Below, piece after piece: positions 51,201-64,000 of a stretch of DNA of 64,000 nucleotides. A program made the translations under genes and the position numbers. The notes below the pieces were generated by a model. It did no database searches. It worked only from the letters and a program-made list of their open reading frames with translations, and was not told where the DNA came from. Position 1 is the first letter of the stretch. The number at the start of each line of letters is the position of its first letter. The stretch covers positions 15,128,001 to 15,192,000 of the forward strand of contig OZ004611.1 in NCBI GenBank assembly GCA_963924565.1, in the 5' to 3' direction. Source of the DNA: Ascidiella aspersa (Eukaryota).

Positions 51201-52450
51201 ATACCGAGTTGTCGAATCATTGCAAACAAATCTCGCATGGTGCTTTCCCAATACGGTGGACTCCCCCTAACGCTCCGCAGAGAACGATAATCTTTGTCAA
51301 GTAGCATTTTTCGAGTTACCTGGCTCGTGTTTTCGTAGTGCAATTGACATCGATGAAGCTACTGTTAGTATGCACCCAAAAGACAAACTCTGCGAATCGT
51401 GCGTCTGCAGACATAAAACGACAGTTGACGTATTGGTATTTCTTTCTTGTGTGAACGTGTTGCCGTCTGGAAAGAGTGTAGGGAAGCAACTACTCTCAGA
51501 TTGGACAATTTTCGTGGGGTGATACCTTCTCCTAGCGCTAATCATAAATTCACAGGTTGAAAGCATGCAACCAGTTAAATCAAAATATCATAAAAAGTTG
51601 TATCTTGGTTAATTATTATTCTGCCCGGTGAAGCACGGTTGTTATGCGGACGCTCGTGGGTTTGGCTATATTTATGATAATTGAACTTAGACCAAAATCA
51701 CTCATCTTCGTTGGTTGGTTTATTGGTCTCGATTTCTGAGTAGTTGTTCCGTTAATTAATTATGAAATTGTAAGACATTACCTCTTTATAAAAATGCATT
51801 TATGATATTTATTTACCTTTATATTTTCTGCATCAATAAACTGTTAGTTTTTCTCATTGTCAAGATATATGGCTTTTGAACCGTAAAGTCTAGAAAAATG
51901 TATTTGTTATATGATTATGTGACCTTTGTTTTTAATCTTATTAAATCGTCATACCCTTGTATTGTTGGTGATTCTCCTTTAAATATTGAATTGCTGCTGA
52001 AAATACCTTCTGAGGATTTACAGTTTGAAAAAATATGGGTGGTGGCCTTTGTATGAAATATTTCTCTTGACTTTAATCAAACGTCTGCTTTCTAATAATT
52101 GTCGAGGTAGTCCATTTTCTTTAGATCTGATTGTAGTACACAAATCACTTATACCTTTTGGAATCCTTTAGGTAGTTGAACAATTTTCATAAAAAGGAGA
52201 ACTTTAGAAATTAGATGTCGTTCAAGATTGTTCATGTTATTAAATTGTTCAGGTATTTCCTTTAGGTCAAGACAATTGTGGTGGAACTTTGCCGTTTGTT
52301 TAAATGTCGGGAGCAAGCATGACAAATCCAATTGGAATATTAATACTTGCTTTTAAAAAAATATTCTCCAACATAAGCAGCAAACTGCAATTTTTTTTTT
52401 TAATTTTGCAAACACTTATTATGTAATTTTAAATATTGTTTATTTTCTTT
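48230..52450 (-). mobile_element. Helentron (Helitron with Rep, PIF1-like helicase and C-terminal AP endonuclease), degenerate
   Basis: LERHLISKVLLFMKIVQLPKG; FPTLFPDG; GSPPYWESTMRDLFAMIRQLG; AWNG..MDIQYI..YIISYVTKAE; FITGGAG; GARVMIVCNIDVNDGLVNGVMGTV; endonuclease VLGDFNED, GTLLDH, YSYHDP. Confidence 0.88.
50244..50632. repeat. Internal ~185-bp tandem duplication in the Helentron Rep region
   Basis: 50244-50427 and 50446-50632 both encode ..LLRAWNG..YIISYVTKAE..IIWMQLLNFVLLAT. Confidence 0.9.
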
Positions 52451-54525
52451 ATACTGAAGGATCCTTGAAGTTTTTTTGGTGACTCGTTTGTGTGATACCG
52501 TTTAGACGCAACATCTTTTAAATGCTTCTTGCGCTTCTAAGATTCAGGAATTCTTTTTCTTAGAAATTACAAGTCAGAAGTGAAACGCGATTTCAATATA
52601 AGGAATTGTCGGCATTCACTCGTTTCCCCTTTTTTTCGTAATTCAAAGTCGAACGTGTAACGCGATTGTACTCGAAAGGAAGAATCAGCAATAACAAGTT
52701 TTCTTTTGTAGGTTGACAAATCTGTTTGTATTTTTCTTCAAGAAGTTGAGAATTTTTCTTATAGTATGTGGCGTTTTCTCGCGGTAAAATCAAATAAATA
52801 AATGACGCAAATCTAGATGATGTTTAACAATGTAAAACGCATTATAAGGTTCCTTTTGACGTTCAATTCGTTTACGCAATTTGGTAAATAAACAAATTTT
52901 GTATTGATATAAAGAGCCTGGTCTCATGAATGGCGTCAAATTATTGATTAAAATGGTCATTCAAAAATGAAACGTCTTGTTTGTTAAATTGCTTGTTTTA
53001 TTTAGGCGTTTGAAAAGTAAGTGACGCTGATTACTTGAGCATAATATTTGAATTCGTACCACGAATTAATCGTAGAAACCGTCCCTTTCTTGTATTGTGC
53101 CAGCTTCTTTTGACTTTCCTCATTTCAACAACAAGCTTCAAATTAAAACTGTGTGTGGGGTTGTTAATAGGCTGTAACAGGAGGAGACGCGTTTCGCTAC
53201 AAGGACTTAGCCTCATATACCGTTCTGCGCATAGACCGGGGCCATAAAACGAACGTTATAGACGTTTTAAAGAAAACAGTATTGATGTAACTAGCAACAG
53301 AAAAACTTTACCCAAATTAAGTAAGAAGTTTACCTGGTTCAGCTGAAGGAGATACTTCTGCACTAAGTTGTGCAGAATTGATACGATTACAGTAAAACTC
53401 GTTTTCTCTAATATCTAAAAACAGAGTTGGTGACAACACGACATGAAAATTACAATACATAAACCAATAACGCTACACAAATATGTTTTAATAATAGTTC
53501 GTTAGTTTAAACTTTGATCTCTGTCTTGTTGCCCTTATGACAGTAAAACAACTGCTTCATGTTGCTCACTGTTCGTTTTTTCTAATTCTTCAATTTTTGT
53601 GCCAAGGTTGTTAAAAATGGTTTCCCCCATACTCGAATATTCTGTTAATTTTGCACTTTCAGCTCTCCTTTTACCAATCCAACGCTAATCCGATAAGAGG
53701 CTCAACATTTAACTCACCAAAAATAGTAGTTTCCATTTTTGCAAATATTTTATAGGAGCTTTTATTATGTTCCATAGATATTTGTTAGTGCTAAAGTAAC
53801 ACAATATATTTATTTTAAGATGAATACTGCATGCAAAACGCGTAGCTTATAAAATATTAATAAATAAGTATTAGTGTAACCAACATATTTATGTAAACAA
53901 AAAACTAACCTGGTTTAAAAGTAGGATGGATTGTGACTCTTGTTAAATATCAAATTATTTCAGCGTAATAATTTCTGAAAAACATATTGTACACGTTAAA
54001 ACAGATAAATTTGATTTAAAAATATACATAGTAAAAGCTAATAAATGTTTATAAAAAAAATGGTTCATTATGGTGGTGCGCTTGACGCGTGCATGATTGT
54101 TCCGCCATTTTGGGAGAGCTTGCTTCTTCCGTTTTTATGTTGATCTTGTAAACGTCACTACCGTTTTCTCTTGCATCGTCATGTCGGAATCTGCATTATC
54201 GCTATCAAACAAAAACTGTGACAAGTTTCCAAGGTTTTCTTCAGATTTGTCAAGCGCACATTGTAGCTCGGAAACTTGGTCACTTCTGTTTTTAATTTAT
54301 AGATTTATTTCGTCAAGAAGTTGAACGACTTTTGCTCTTTGATTTAAATCAAAAGTGTGGTTTGACGTGTTCCGTTTGGAAATATCGTCAACGCACTTGC
54401 AAAAACAGCTGCCAACACTTCAACCGCTAAAATTTCAATAGGTTGAATTGCTTGGGAGGCTTTTTCAGCTACTCGTGCTTTACTCATGTTTTAGTTGTTG
54501 ATGAGTTTAATCCTAAAACAAAGAT

Positions 54526-54773
54526 TGTTGTGTTTCTAACCTTTGTTTGCCTTGCAAGAATAGTAAACAGAGCCCAAGTAAGTAACTGGTTTAATTCGAA
54601 TGGAAATAACACAAGAAGGGCACGAGCATTTATAGGCGAGTAGTCGCGTAATTTACATTGCGATACAATTAACGTACAACACAAGCAATGATTACAAAAC
54701 ACGTGACTAGAGCACGCGGCTCAGGGGCCGCGGGCAACCTCTCTCAGGAGAACCACGTGAACACTCCATGACA
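54526..54773 (-). repeat. 3' LTR (TGT...ACA)
   Basis: Identical to 59075-59322 except one short patch; preceded on the minus strand by purine-rich AAATGGAGG. Confidence 0.93.
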
Positions 54774-54797
54774 CCTCCATTTGAAAGAAACGCCTCG

Positions 54798-57700
54798 TTA
54801 ACAGCAATATAGCTGTCGAGGCTTACGTGGGCGTTTCGAGCGTCGTGGATTGTGAGGTCCGTACTCATCTTGATTGGCTGTGGCCAAATTGGGATTTGGC
54901 AGAACCAAGGTTGGCCGCGTAGAATTCGTTGAGGGTCGAGGAGCCGGAAAGTTATTTTCTCCTGGATCAGCGTCCTCGTCGCTGGTGTAGCGAAATTGAA
55001 GTTGGTCGATATGGCGCCTCCATATCGGACCACGGGGAATCACCTTGACATTTACACTTCGACTGCCATGTCGTTTGGTTATAATAGCTGGGACCCAACG
55101 TCCATCTTTGTCTCGCTTTGGACCAAAGTATAACGCATAACAGGGATCGCCAACTTTAAACGAGTGTCGTAGTTTGTGAATGATTTCCCTTCGAGGATAA
55201 TCTTTCGATGCACATTTCATCTGCTCGCGTTGCTTTACGTGAGCTGGCGTGGGAAACAAGGTGTCGATCCGAGCACGAATTTGACGTCCGTTTAACAACT
55301 CACTCGGAGAGAAACCGTTGCTGTCAGGTGTACGTCGGTACTGGATTAAGAACTCCAATAGCGCTTCGTGGGGAGACTTCGATGACTTACGGAGAGCTTT
55401 CTTGAAAGTCTGCACAAGCCTCTCGGCAGCACCGTTTGTAGCAGGGTGATAAGGAGCACCTGTTAAATGTATAATTCCCCTTTGTTTGCAGAACTCTTGA
55501 AATTCTGCCGAAAGAAATGCTTGAGCATTATCCGAGACAATAGTGTGTGCGGGTACCCGAAATGCGCAAAATCCTGTTCTAGAAATTCCATAGTAGTTTT
55601 GGTTGACATGGATTGCGTTCGGTGAATGCACGGATACTTAGAGTATGCGTCGATTACCACCAGCCAATTGTAGCCCATAAAATTCACTGCATGCTCCACG
55701 GCTTCTCTGGCATCATCCACGGATGAATGACTGCTTTGGTTGGTGCGTTCTGATGCTGTGCACAAGTAGTACAACGCTGGCACAATGACAATATGTCTGC
55801 ATCAATATTTGGCCAGTATACGGCGGTTCGTGCCAGTTGCTTCATGCGCTGAACACCGAAATGTCCCTGGTGCAATAGCTGCAAGACTTGGGGTCGAAGT
55901 CTGAGCGGAATTACAATTCGCGATCCATAGAGCAAACATCCATGGCAAGTACTTAACGAATCGGATATTTTCCGAAACTTCTCCGCGTCATCATCAGCAC
56001 TTTGATTGCATTTAGGTGGCCAGACTTCCCTTGTAAATCGCACAACACGCGATAAGACAGAATCCACTTTGGTTTCCTTCTGGAGGGTGGCGCTATCGGC
56101 GGGCTTCACTTGTAAGCTTAATGTAGTGATGGAGCAAACGGTGTCCACGTCATCTACACTCTCCTCTCCGTCGAACTCCTCATCTTTACCTCCCGGTAAA
56201 CGACTAAGTGCGTCAGCATTGCCGTGTTCTGACGTCTTTCTATACTCAATGTCATAGTTAAATTGACTGAGAAAAAGTGCCCATCTTGCGAGTCGATTTG
56301 CCGAAAGTGCCGGAGTAGGCTTGCTTGGCCCGAATAGTGCCAGTAACGGTTTGTGGTCGGTGACAAGAATAAATTTCCTCCCGAACAAGTACTGGTAAAA
56401 CTTTTTCAGCGCGAAAATAATAGAAAGAGCTTCCTTTTGTATTTGACTATAGTTGCGCTGACTGGTTGAAAGCGTCTTTGAAGCATTAGAAATAGGCCTT
56501 TCAGTACCGTCAGGATAACGGTGAAATAAAACAGCGCCAATTCCAACACTTGAAGCATCACATGCAATTCCGATCGGAAGCGATGAATTGAAGTGAGTTA
56601 AAACATTATCTTCCGAAAGCCATGCTTTTAACTGATCGAAAGATTTTTGTTGAACCGCTCCCCATTTCCACGAAATGTTAGACCAGGTAAGTTGATATAA
56701 AGGTTCTGCCGCTTCGGCAAAGTTGGTCGGCAGAAACTTTCCATAAAATTGAACGGACCCCAAGAATGAACGTAGAGTTGTTGCATCCTTCGGAGGTGAC
56801 ATATTCAATACAGCATCAAGCTTGGAACCTTTTGCAATTCCACTTTTAAACAGTGTATGCCCCAAGTATTCCACTTTGGGTTGCGCGAACACACATTTCT
56901 CCAATCGGCAGCGAAGTCCTTTGTCATGCAACCGTTGGAAAACTTGACGAAGATTACGAAGATGTTCCTCGGCACACGAACCACTGACTAAAAGATCATC
57001 CAAGTAGACAGCAACTCCTGGAAGGTCTTTTGTAAGGTCATCCATTATTTCCTGAAAATACCCTGGAGCGGAGTGTATACCGAAAGGTAAAACATTTTGC
57101 AGAAGAACTCCACGATGCGTGCTAAGAGCCAACCTTTTTCGGCTTTCTGGTCCGAGACGTATCTGATTGTACGCATCAGCCAAGTCGATTTTCGTGAAGC
57201 CATATCCACCTTGCAACTTGCGTAACAAATCTTCTGGAAGCGGCAAAGGGTGGCGGTGCGTGGCCAGTTGCGGGTTTATACCGTCACCGAATAGTCACCA
57301 CACACGCGCAATCGACCTTTGGATTTCCCTGGAAGCGGAGTTTTGCGTATGGGTACCACAGGCGTACCCCAGTCGTTGAACTTCGCTGGAGTCCAGATTC
57401 CTTTAGTGATGCCAACAACATCATATGCTTGTCCCACGTCTTGCTGAAGAGCAAACGGAACTGAGCGAGCTTTGCAAAACACCGGCTTCGTCGCGGATTT
57501 GAATTGTACCTCTAATTCAAAGTCCTTTAGACAACCTAACTCTTCTTTGAACAGGTCCGGAAATTGACTGCAAAGTTTCCGGCAATCCGTTTGTAACTGA
57601 ATATCAGGTTGAGTATCGACAGATAAAGCACGTACGGGAACAACATCGGTAAATATCAATTTGTCCACTGATATTTTTAGAGACTGAATAGCATTTCTCC

Positions 57701-58985
57701 CAAGTAAATCAAGGTTCGGTATCTTAGATACGTGGAACTCTAGCGTACACTTGGTTTCGTCATATGCTGCTTCTGCCTGAAAAATACCGATTAGTGGCAC
57801 TGAATGTTCTGTCGCCGAATTGAAACGGTAAGTAGGCGTCTCCAGCGTTGGACTGCCAATTCGCTTCCATGTATCAACAGATAAGAAGTTTCCGGTAGTA
57901 GCAGTGTCAAGCTCCAAGCAACAAATCTTGTCTAAAACGTAAATATTGACGTCCAGCTTCGGAGTTGACCTCCCAATGCTTGAAATAGGCTTCACCGTAT
58001 GAACCATGCTTAAAGGTTTTGTTGACGCCAGTTTCTTTCGACAAGCTACTTCCAAATGACCGATACGTCTGCAAAACTTGCAAGTTGAACTTCGGTGACG
58101 ACATGTGGAAGCAAAATGTCCAGACTTGCCACAGCGATAGCAACACATGTTCGTCTTGGCTTTACTGTCCCTCGAAGCATAGCTTGCGGCGTCCTTTGAA
58201 ACTTTAGTATACGGAGACGGACTTGACTTCGCTGCTTCGCGTACCTTTTGAACAGAGCCTCGGTTTCCATATACAGTTTCCTTCGCAACTTTAGCAGCAT
58301 CCTCTGTTTGAATGGAAACTTCGATGGCTCGCGCAAAACTGAGCTCATCAGCCTTAATTTTGAAAAGTGCCTTGAGAACAGCCTCATTGCCGATCGAGCA
58401 AATCAAGCGCGTGCGAAGTGCCTCGTCCAACGGGTCTCTGATTGCCGAAAAGTCGCAAGTGGCTGCCTCAAGACGAATGCGTGCAGCCAATTCTTGAACA
58501 GTCTCACCAGGCTTCCGTTGCATATTACTCCAAAACTTGAACCGTTCCCGAATGACGAATCGCTTTGGGTCAAACTGGTTCTTCATAAAACCCTCAATGT
58601 CGCTAATAGATAGATCATTAACACTTTTGGACGGGCTGCCCTGAAGTGCCAAGTTTGATAACAGCTGGTAAGTTGTAGGAGTTTGGTTTGTTAAGAAAAC
58701 CTGAGCCTTTCGTTCGCTTGGGACCGCGTGTGCTTTGATAAACGTGCTGAACCTCGACCAATAATCATTCCATAACTCAGACGTAGAATCAAATGGATTG
58801 AAACTTGGTACTGCTGCGGATGACGTAGCTGCTTGCGGTAACCCAGCCTTTTCCACCAGAGCCATCATTACATGCATTTGTTCTTCGTGGCGTCTTGACT
58901 GTTCTTCGTGGCGTTTGGATTGTTCATCCTGGCGTTGTGCTTGTTGCTGTAACTGTGCTTGCATGAGCTTCAGTATTTCTTCCAT
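54798..58985 (-). pseudogene. Gag-Pol polyprotein with three frameshifting lesions (~57278, ~55693, ~55545)
   Basis: MEEILKL start; two CCHC knuckles (CYRCGKSGHFASTC, CKFCRRIGHLEVAC); protease LELDTAT; RT IDLADAY, LPFG, YLDD; RNase H ACDASSVG, QKEAL, TDHKPL; integrase HQGH..CTTC, IDAYS, SDNA, GAAER. Confidence 0.95.
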
Positions 58986-59054
58986 TGGGCAAACAAAAGT
59001 AGTTGGAAAAGTCAAACTGCGTAGATACCTCGTTCAGAAGACCTTGAATCCAAT

Positions 59055-59067
59055 ATCCTCGTCGCCA
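59055..59067 (-). promoter_or_regulatory. Primer-binding site complementary to the tRNA-Ser(GCU) 3' end
   Basis: TGGCGACGAGGAT, 7 nt inside the 5' LTR end; the tRNA assignment comes from the recalled 3' end ..AUCCUCGUCGCCA. Confidence 0.8.
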
Positions 59068-59074
59068 AAAACTC

Positions 59075-59322
59075 TGTTGTGTTTCTAACCTTTGTTTGCC
59101 TTGCAAGAATAGTAAACAGAGCCCTAGAAAAAGTAACTGGTTTAATTCGAATGGAAATAACACAAGAAGGGCACGAGCATTTATAGGCGAGTAGTCGCGT
59201 AATTTACATTGCGATACAATTAACGTACAACACAAGCAATGATTACAAAACACGTGACTAGAGCACGCGGCTCAGGGGCCGCGGGCAACCTCTCTCAGGA
59301 GAACCACGTGAACACTCCATGA
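59075..59322 (-). repeat. 5' LTR (outer two bases missing)
   Basis: Direct repeat of 54526-54771. Confidence 0.93.
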
Positions 59323-61239
59323 TGCTTACGACGCTTTGGTTACAGAAACGGGATACAAAAGAGTTTTTTTAAGAAGTAAACCCGGTGTGGTAAGGCCAAA
59401 ATAGTGTTGGATTGCAAGCGCTCTTTGCCATCACCTGGATCGAACGAACGCTCACGTATTTTTGCGGGACTTATATAGTACATTTCGCGTGACAATTTTA
59501 GTTGCGCTCAAAGTAAGACGGCTCTCTTGTATACAATTCAGTGTACTAATAACAAATAGAAAACTTAAAATATAGGCCTTCTATTAATAAAAACTTTCGC
59601 GGCCCCGTGTTTGCGGAACCCTGGTTAAAGCCTTATAAACTAACTTGGCCAGCGTGCCCAGTGACAAAATTAGGCAATCACACGCATAACCAGCACTGAA
59701 CTTTCAAAACTGCTCGCAGACACGTTACCTTAACATTTTGGGAGACAATAGGTAATGTTAAAACAAGTGCTAAAATGCACTGTAAACCAAATTGGGTAAA
59801 AAAAAAATATATATTTTTTGGGTTGTTTAAACCCAACTTTGGTTGGGTTTAAATTTGTTTTACCCTACTGATTAACCAAATAATTAATTTGGGTTCAACA
59901 GCTATCCAAAAATCATGAAGAAATAGCAAAAACGAACAACAAAAAAAAACGACTTTTTTTTTTCCACTTTGTCCAGCTGAAGTTATGTACCGGAATATTA
60001 AGTATGAATACTTGTATAATGTATACAGTATTCATAATTAAACACAATACAAAGCAAACAATGCTGTGATGCCCCCTTAGTAACAAATTATCTATATTAT
60101 TAAGCACAGGGCTTTGCTCAGAAAATAGGGTTATCTTTTGAGGCGAAGAAATATCTCCATATACAACCAAAATTGGCTGCTGCCGATCCCCAAACGCTGC
60201 TCTGGTGTTTGTGCTTGCCTAAACATTTAAATATGGATTACTAAAGGCAAACAAAAAGAGCCATATCACAATTTACCACTTTAAAGGCAAAATCTTCTAC
60301 ATTAAAGACATGATAAAGCACTGTCTCATAACAACGATGTATGGGAAAACAGTCTTAACAACTGATATTAAAGCAAGAATCTGCTAAATTGCCGTTTTGT
60401 GTTTGGTTTAGAAGAGGCACACAAAAGCAGTGTACCCCAACCATGAAATGGACATCTACAAAAATATTTTTTGGTAAATGTATTTTGTGTAATATTTTGC
60501 TAACTTACCAGTGAACCTCTGATTTCTCTTGAATTCACGATTTAACTGTGAGAAAAAAAAGACAAAATTTATAGCAATAATTTACAAAGATGGAGCAACT
60601 AAAGATTAAAGCTTCACTGTGTATAAGAAACTAGAGAGACACATAGTACAAATATTTTTGTTTACTAATACTTCACAAAATCCCCCGATAATTGTTCAAA
60701 TGTTCGAAATCTGAAAACAAAATGAAAATGCATAACATACCTCATCATATGTAGATAATGCTGGCCACAATTTTATTAGAACATTGCAAGATGGGCTGTT
60801 TTTGCAATGAGCTTTTTGTTTCGTAGAGTGTTTGTTTTTTTAAATTCGTTTTGCAAGACCTAAAAACAAGAAAAACAAATTTACAACAATACTATTTAAC
60901 AAAATAGTAAATACACACCTCTTTTGCTTCATCGGACAAGATTTCTTCTTGTAGACATATATCATTTAGTTTAAAGGGTCTGCCGTTCCACCAATGTTGT
61001 TTTTATAGGCCCGTTTGGATTTGGGAATGCCCGTTTCTCTTCTTAGTTTTTTAGCTTGGGCATTAAGTTTATCGGATAATTTTTTGTACCAAAATGCCAA
61101 ATATGTTAAAAAAATCCTTCCTTGGCATCTGTAGGAGGACTCTTAGTCCAAGACATGCTGTTTTGTATTTTTGCAGAAATACATCGACTGCTCTGTGTTA
61201 TTAAGGTTTACTTTATTAAAAACGATAAAATTTATACAT

Positions 61240-64000
61240 TGAAAATGCCAGCTGACAATATATCCACAAAGATCTAAAAGAATTAAAAGCATCAATGGAA
61301 AGATTGCAAACAATACAGTGCACAGTAGGTCAAATAAAAACGGAAACTACAGAAACAATCACGGAGGTGAAGAAGCTAAGAGAGGAACAAAGCAACAAGA
61401 GAAGAGAAATGGAAGTCTTAAAACATGAAAACGAAAAACTAAAACAGGAAATTCACAGCAAAAAATATAAACTGGACAAACTAGATCAGTATGGACGCAG
61501 AGAAAATATCAGGATCTATGGTCTACCGGAAAGCGAGAATGATGGAGATGACGACGGGGAACTGGAACTGATAATATTGCACAAGATTTAAACATTTCAC
61601 TGAAAAAAAAAAGGATATACAACGAGCTCATAGACTTGGTAAAAAAAGGAGCGATTTGCGTCATTTGAAAAAAGACAAGAGTTCATAAAGCAAAAACGAG
61701 CCCTGGAAGCACAAAAGATTAATGAGCCTCTCTGCTGTTGAAGCTTGAAGGAAGATGGCACAAAATAGATTCCCCTGAAGACCTGCTTCAAACAGGCCTA
61801 GAACTATTGGCTTCAAATTGCAAAAATTTATGAAGAAAAGGTGTAGTAAGTCAATTTTTTGTGTTTTTACCTAATGATTTTTATAGTGTAATTTAATTAT
61901 GTATACCACAGAACAAATGGAAATTAAAAATATTCATAAGGAAAACATAGACGACTGTTTATATTACACTGAAAATTCGCTAAACTACGCCATAAAAAAT
62001 ACAAATAATTTATTTATACTGCATTTAAATACCCGCAGTCTTGCAAAAAACAAACATCGAATAGAGAGGAGCTATTAAACCTATTAATAAGAAAACCAAA
62101 TATAATTCTGGTATCTGAAACAAAAATTGGTCAGGGAAATTTTCTCTTTGATAAAAACATAACTGGGTATAATTTTTTACATTCCGATTCACCAACACTA
62201 GCTGGAGGGGGGGTAGCTGCCTATGTTGAAACAAAATATAAAACTACAATCAGACATGACCTCCATATGCAACTAGATATGAAAACCTGTGGTTTAATAT
62301 TAATCAAAAAATGTTACTAGCACAGTATACAGGCACCCTGGGACAAATTTTAAAAAATTTGAAGAAAAATTTACCTCAACTTTAGAAAAACTACAAACAG
62401 AAAAAAGGGAATTTTATATTGGGGGGATCTTAACATAAACCTGTTAAATACAATGGAGAGAAAAATCAATGCATACGTTAGCAACATTTTAAGTATGGGA
62501 ACCAATATTTATATTAACAAACCTACACGATTCGACCAACATTCAAAAAATTCTTTACTTGACCACTTCTATTCCAATGCTATATTAAATCATATCACAC
62601 CAGGCATAATATATACCATATATTAGACCATCTACCAATATTTCTAGTCATCCAAACATCTACTAAAATTAATAATATTTCTCAACTTAAAAGAGATTTA
62701 TCCAAATTTAAAACTGATGAATATATTGATGATGTAGAACAGGTCTTTGACAACATAAACTTTGAACACAACTGTATAAACCAAAACTTTAACGCATTGA
62801 TCCAATCGATTAAAGTAACCCTAAATAAACATGCACACCACTTGGCAAAGATCACGTAAAGAAAAAAAACTTGCAACCAAACCCTGGATTTCAAAGGCTT
62901 TTATTATTCCTAAATCAATTAGAACAAAAAATAAAATGTTACGCAAATATTATAAAACAAATGACATCGAACAAATTTTGGAATATAAAAACCAGTTACA
63001 ACAAAGCAATATGCTCAGCTGAAACATGAAAAATAATAAAATTAATACAAAATAACAGTTCACCAACCTAACGGGTGATAATGGAAATATAATTACATGT
63101 AAATCTGAAATAGCATAAACCTTGAATACCCACTTTTCAAAAATAGGTAGAACTATAGCATCACAAACTCCAACAACCAGCCATAAATTCCACCAATACA
63201 TTAGCAAAACAAATTCACCAATAGAATCATAAAACAACACATACAATCATTACACACACGACAAGCCAGCGGGCCTCACAACATTCCGATCCAATATATA
63301 AAAATGTCTTCAGAACTATTAACCCCTATTTTAACCAGGCTTTATAATATATGTATACTAAATTCAGAATTTCCAGATTGCCTTAAAGAAGCTCAAATCA
63401 CGTCCATTCCAAAAATTCCAAGACCTCTGACAGCAAGTAACATCAGTGTTTGGTAAGATTTTTGAAAAAATAATAAACAACCAATTGCAAAAATTCTTTA
63501 AGAAAAACAAAACGGTAACCAAAGAACAACACGGATTTAGAAAAGGTCACTCCACTTCACATTCTACAACTGAACTTTATGAAAATTTATTTATTAAATA
63601 AAGATAATCATAATCACGCATTATCCTGTTGGATCTTGCTAAGGCCTTTGACCATAAAATTTTATTACAAAAACTAAATCATTACGGTGTCAGAGGTCAA
63701 CCACTTTCCACTACTTTTCCAAATTTATATTAAAGATTTACCATCTAACACAAACCTAAATTGCAGCTTGTATGCTGATGATTCTTTTTGCTTCTCATTC
63801 CGATAAAAACAACTGGAAAATATAATACAAACTGAACTAAAATAAATTGATTATTGATTTCGTGCTAACAAACTATCCATTTCTTATTAGTTGAATGCAA
63901 GAACCAAACGGGTCAAGTCAATATTAAAATTGGTGACTACAAAATGAAACAAGTTAATTCAGCTAAATACTTACGACAAACTTTCATGGTTACCACGCAT
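61240..64000 (+). mobile_element. CR1/L2-type LINE, degenerate: ORF1 (coiled coil) plus ORF2 (APE-RT), running off the window
   Basis: ORF1 KLDKLDQYGRRENIRIYGLPE; APE ILHLNTRSL, LVSET, AGGGVAAYV, VYRHPG, GDLNINL, LLDHFYSN; RT KPWISK, QHGFRKGHST, LDLAKAFD, LYADD. Confidence 0.9.

Larger units (their letters stand above)
54526..59322 (-). mobile_element. Near-complete Gypsy (Mag-like) LTR retrotransposon
   Basis: Two ~248-bp LTRs, a tRNA-Ser PBS, and a gag-pol reading frame in PR-RT-RH-IN order. Confidence 0.96.

Noticed and set aside
57270-57285. Programmed ribosomal frameshift between gag and pol
   Set aside because: The break lies inside the RT domain and is explained by a TA duplication; no clear slippery heptamer.
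55208-59253. Antisense and alternative-frame ORFs over the Gypsy element, including LTR ORFs
   Set aside because: Short shadow frames of a GC-richer coding region; no motifs and no env-like ORF.
59900-61150. Minus-strand transposase-like exons
   Set aside because: Coding-like fragments exist but I could not tie them to any family motif.

Overview
AT-rich eukaryotic DNA with short GT-AG introns, probably an invertebrate metazoan; the species cannot be determined from sequence alone. The window is almost all nested transposable elements, and I found no intact host gene. Autonomous-type elements or remnants: a spliced P-element/THAP9-like transposase, three families of Penelope-like retroelements (PLEs), a young near-complete Mag-like Gypsy LTR element plus a decayed sister copy, another Gypsy remnant, a BEL/Pao element, a Helentron, two CR1/L2-type LINEs, and CACTA/Mirage, Chapaev-like and hAT remnants. 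Also present are many MITEs with readable TIRs/TSDs, a ~1 kb satellite and a serpin pseudogene fragment. The most notable signal is one PLE family carrying a U3-A8 variant minimal hammerhead ribozyme motif. It occurs as a 3.0-kb head-to-head insertion and as a 190-bp back-to-back ribozyme palindrome; the two share nearly the same end points and have similar 12-bp TSDs. All calls come from manual motif reading with no database searches, and boundaries of degenerate elements are approximate.
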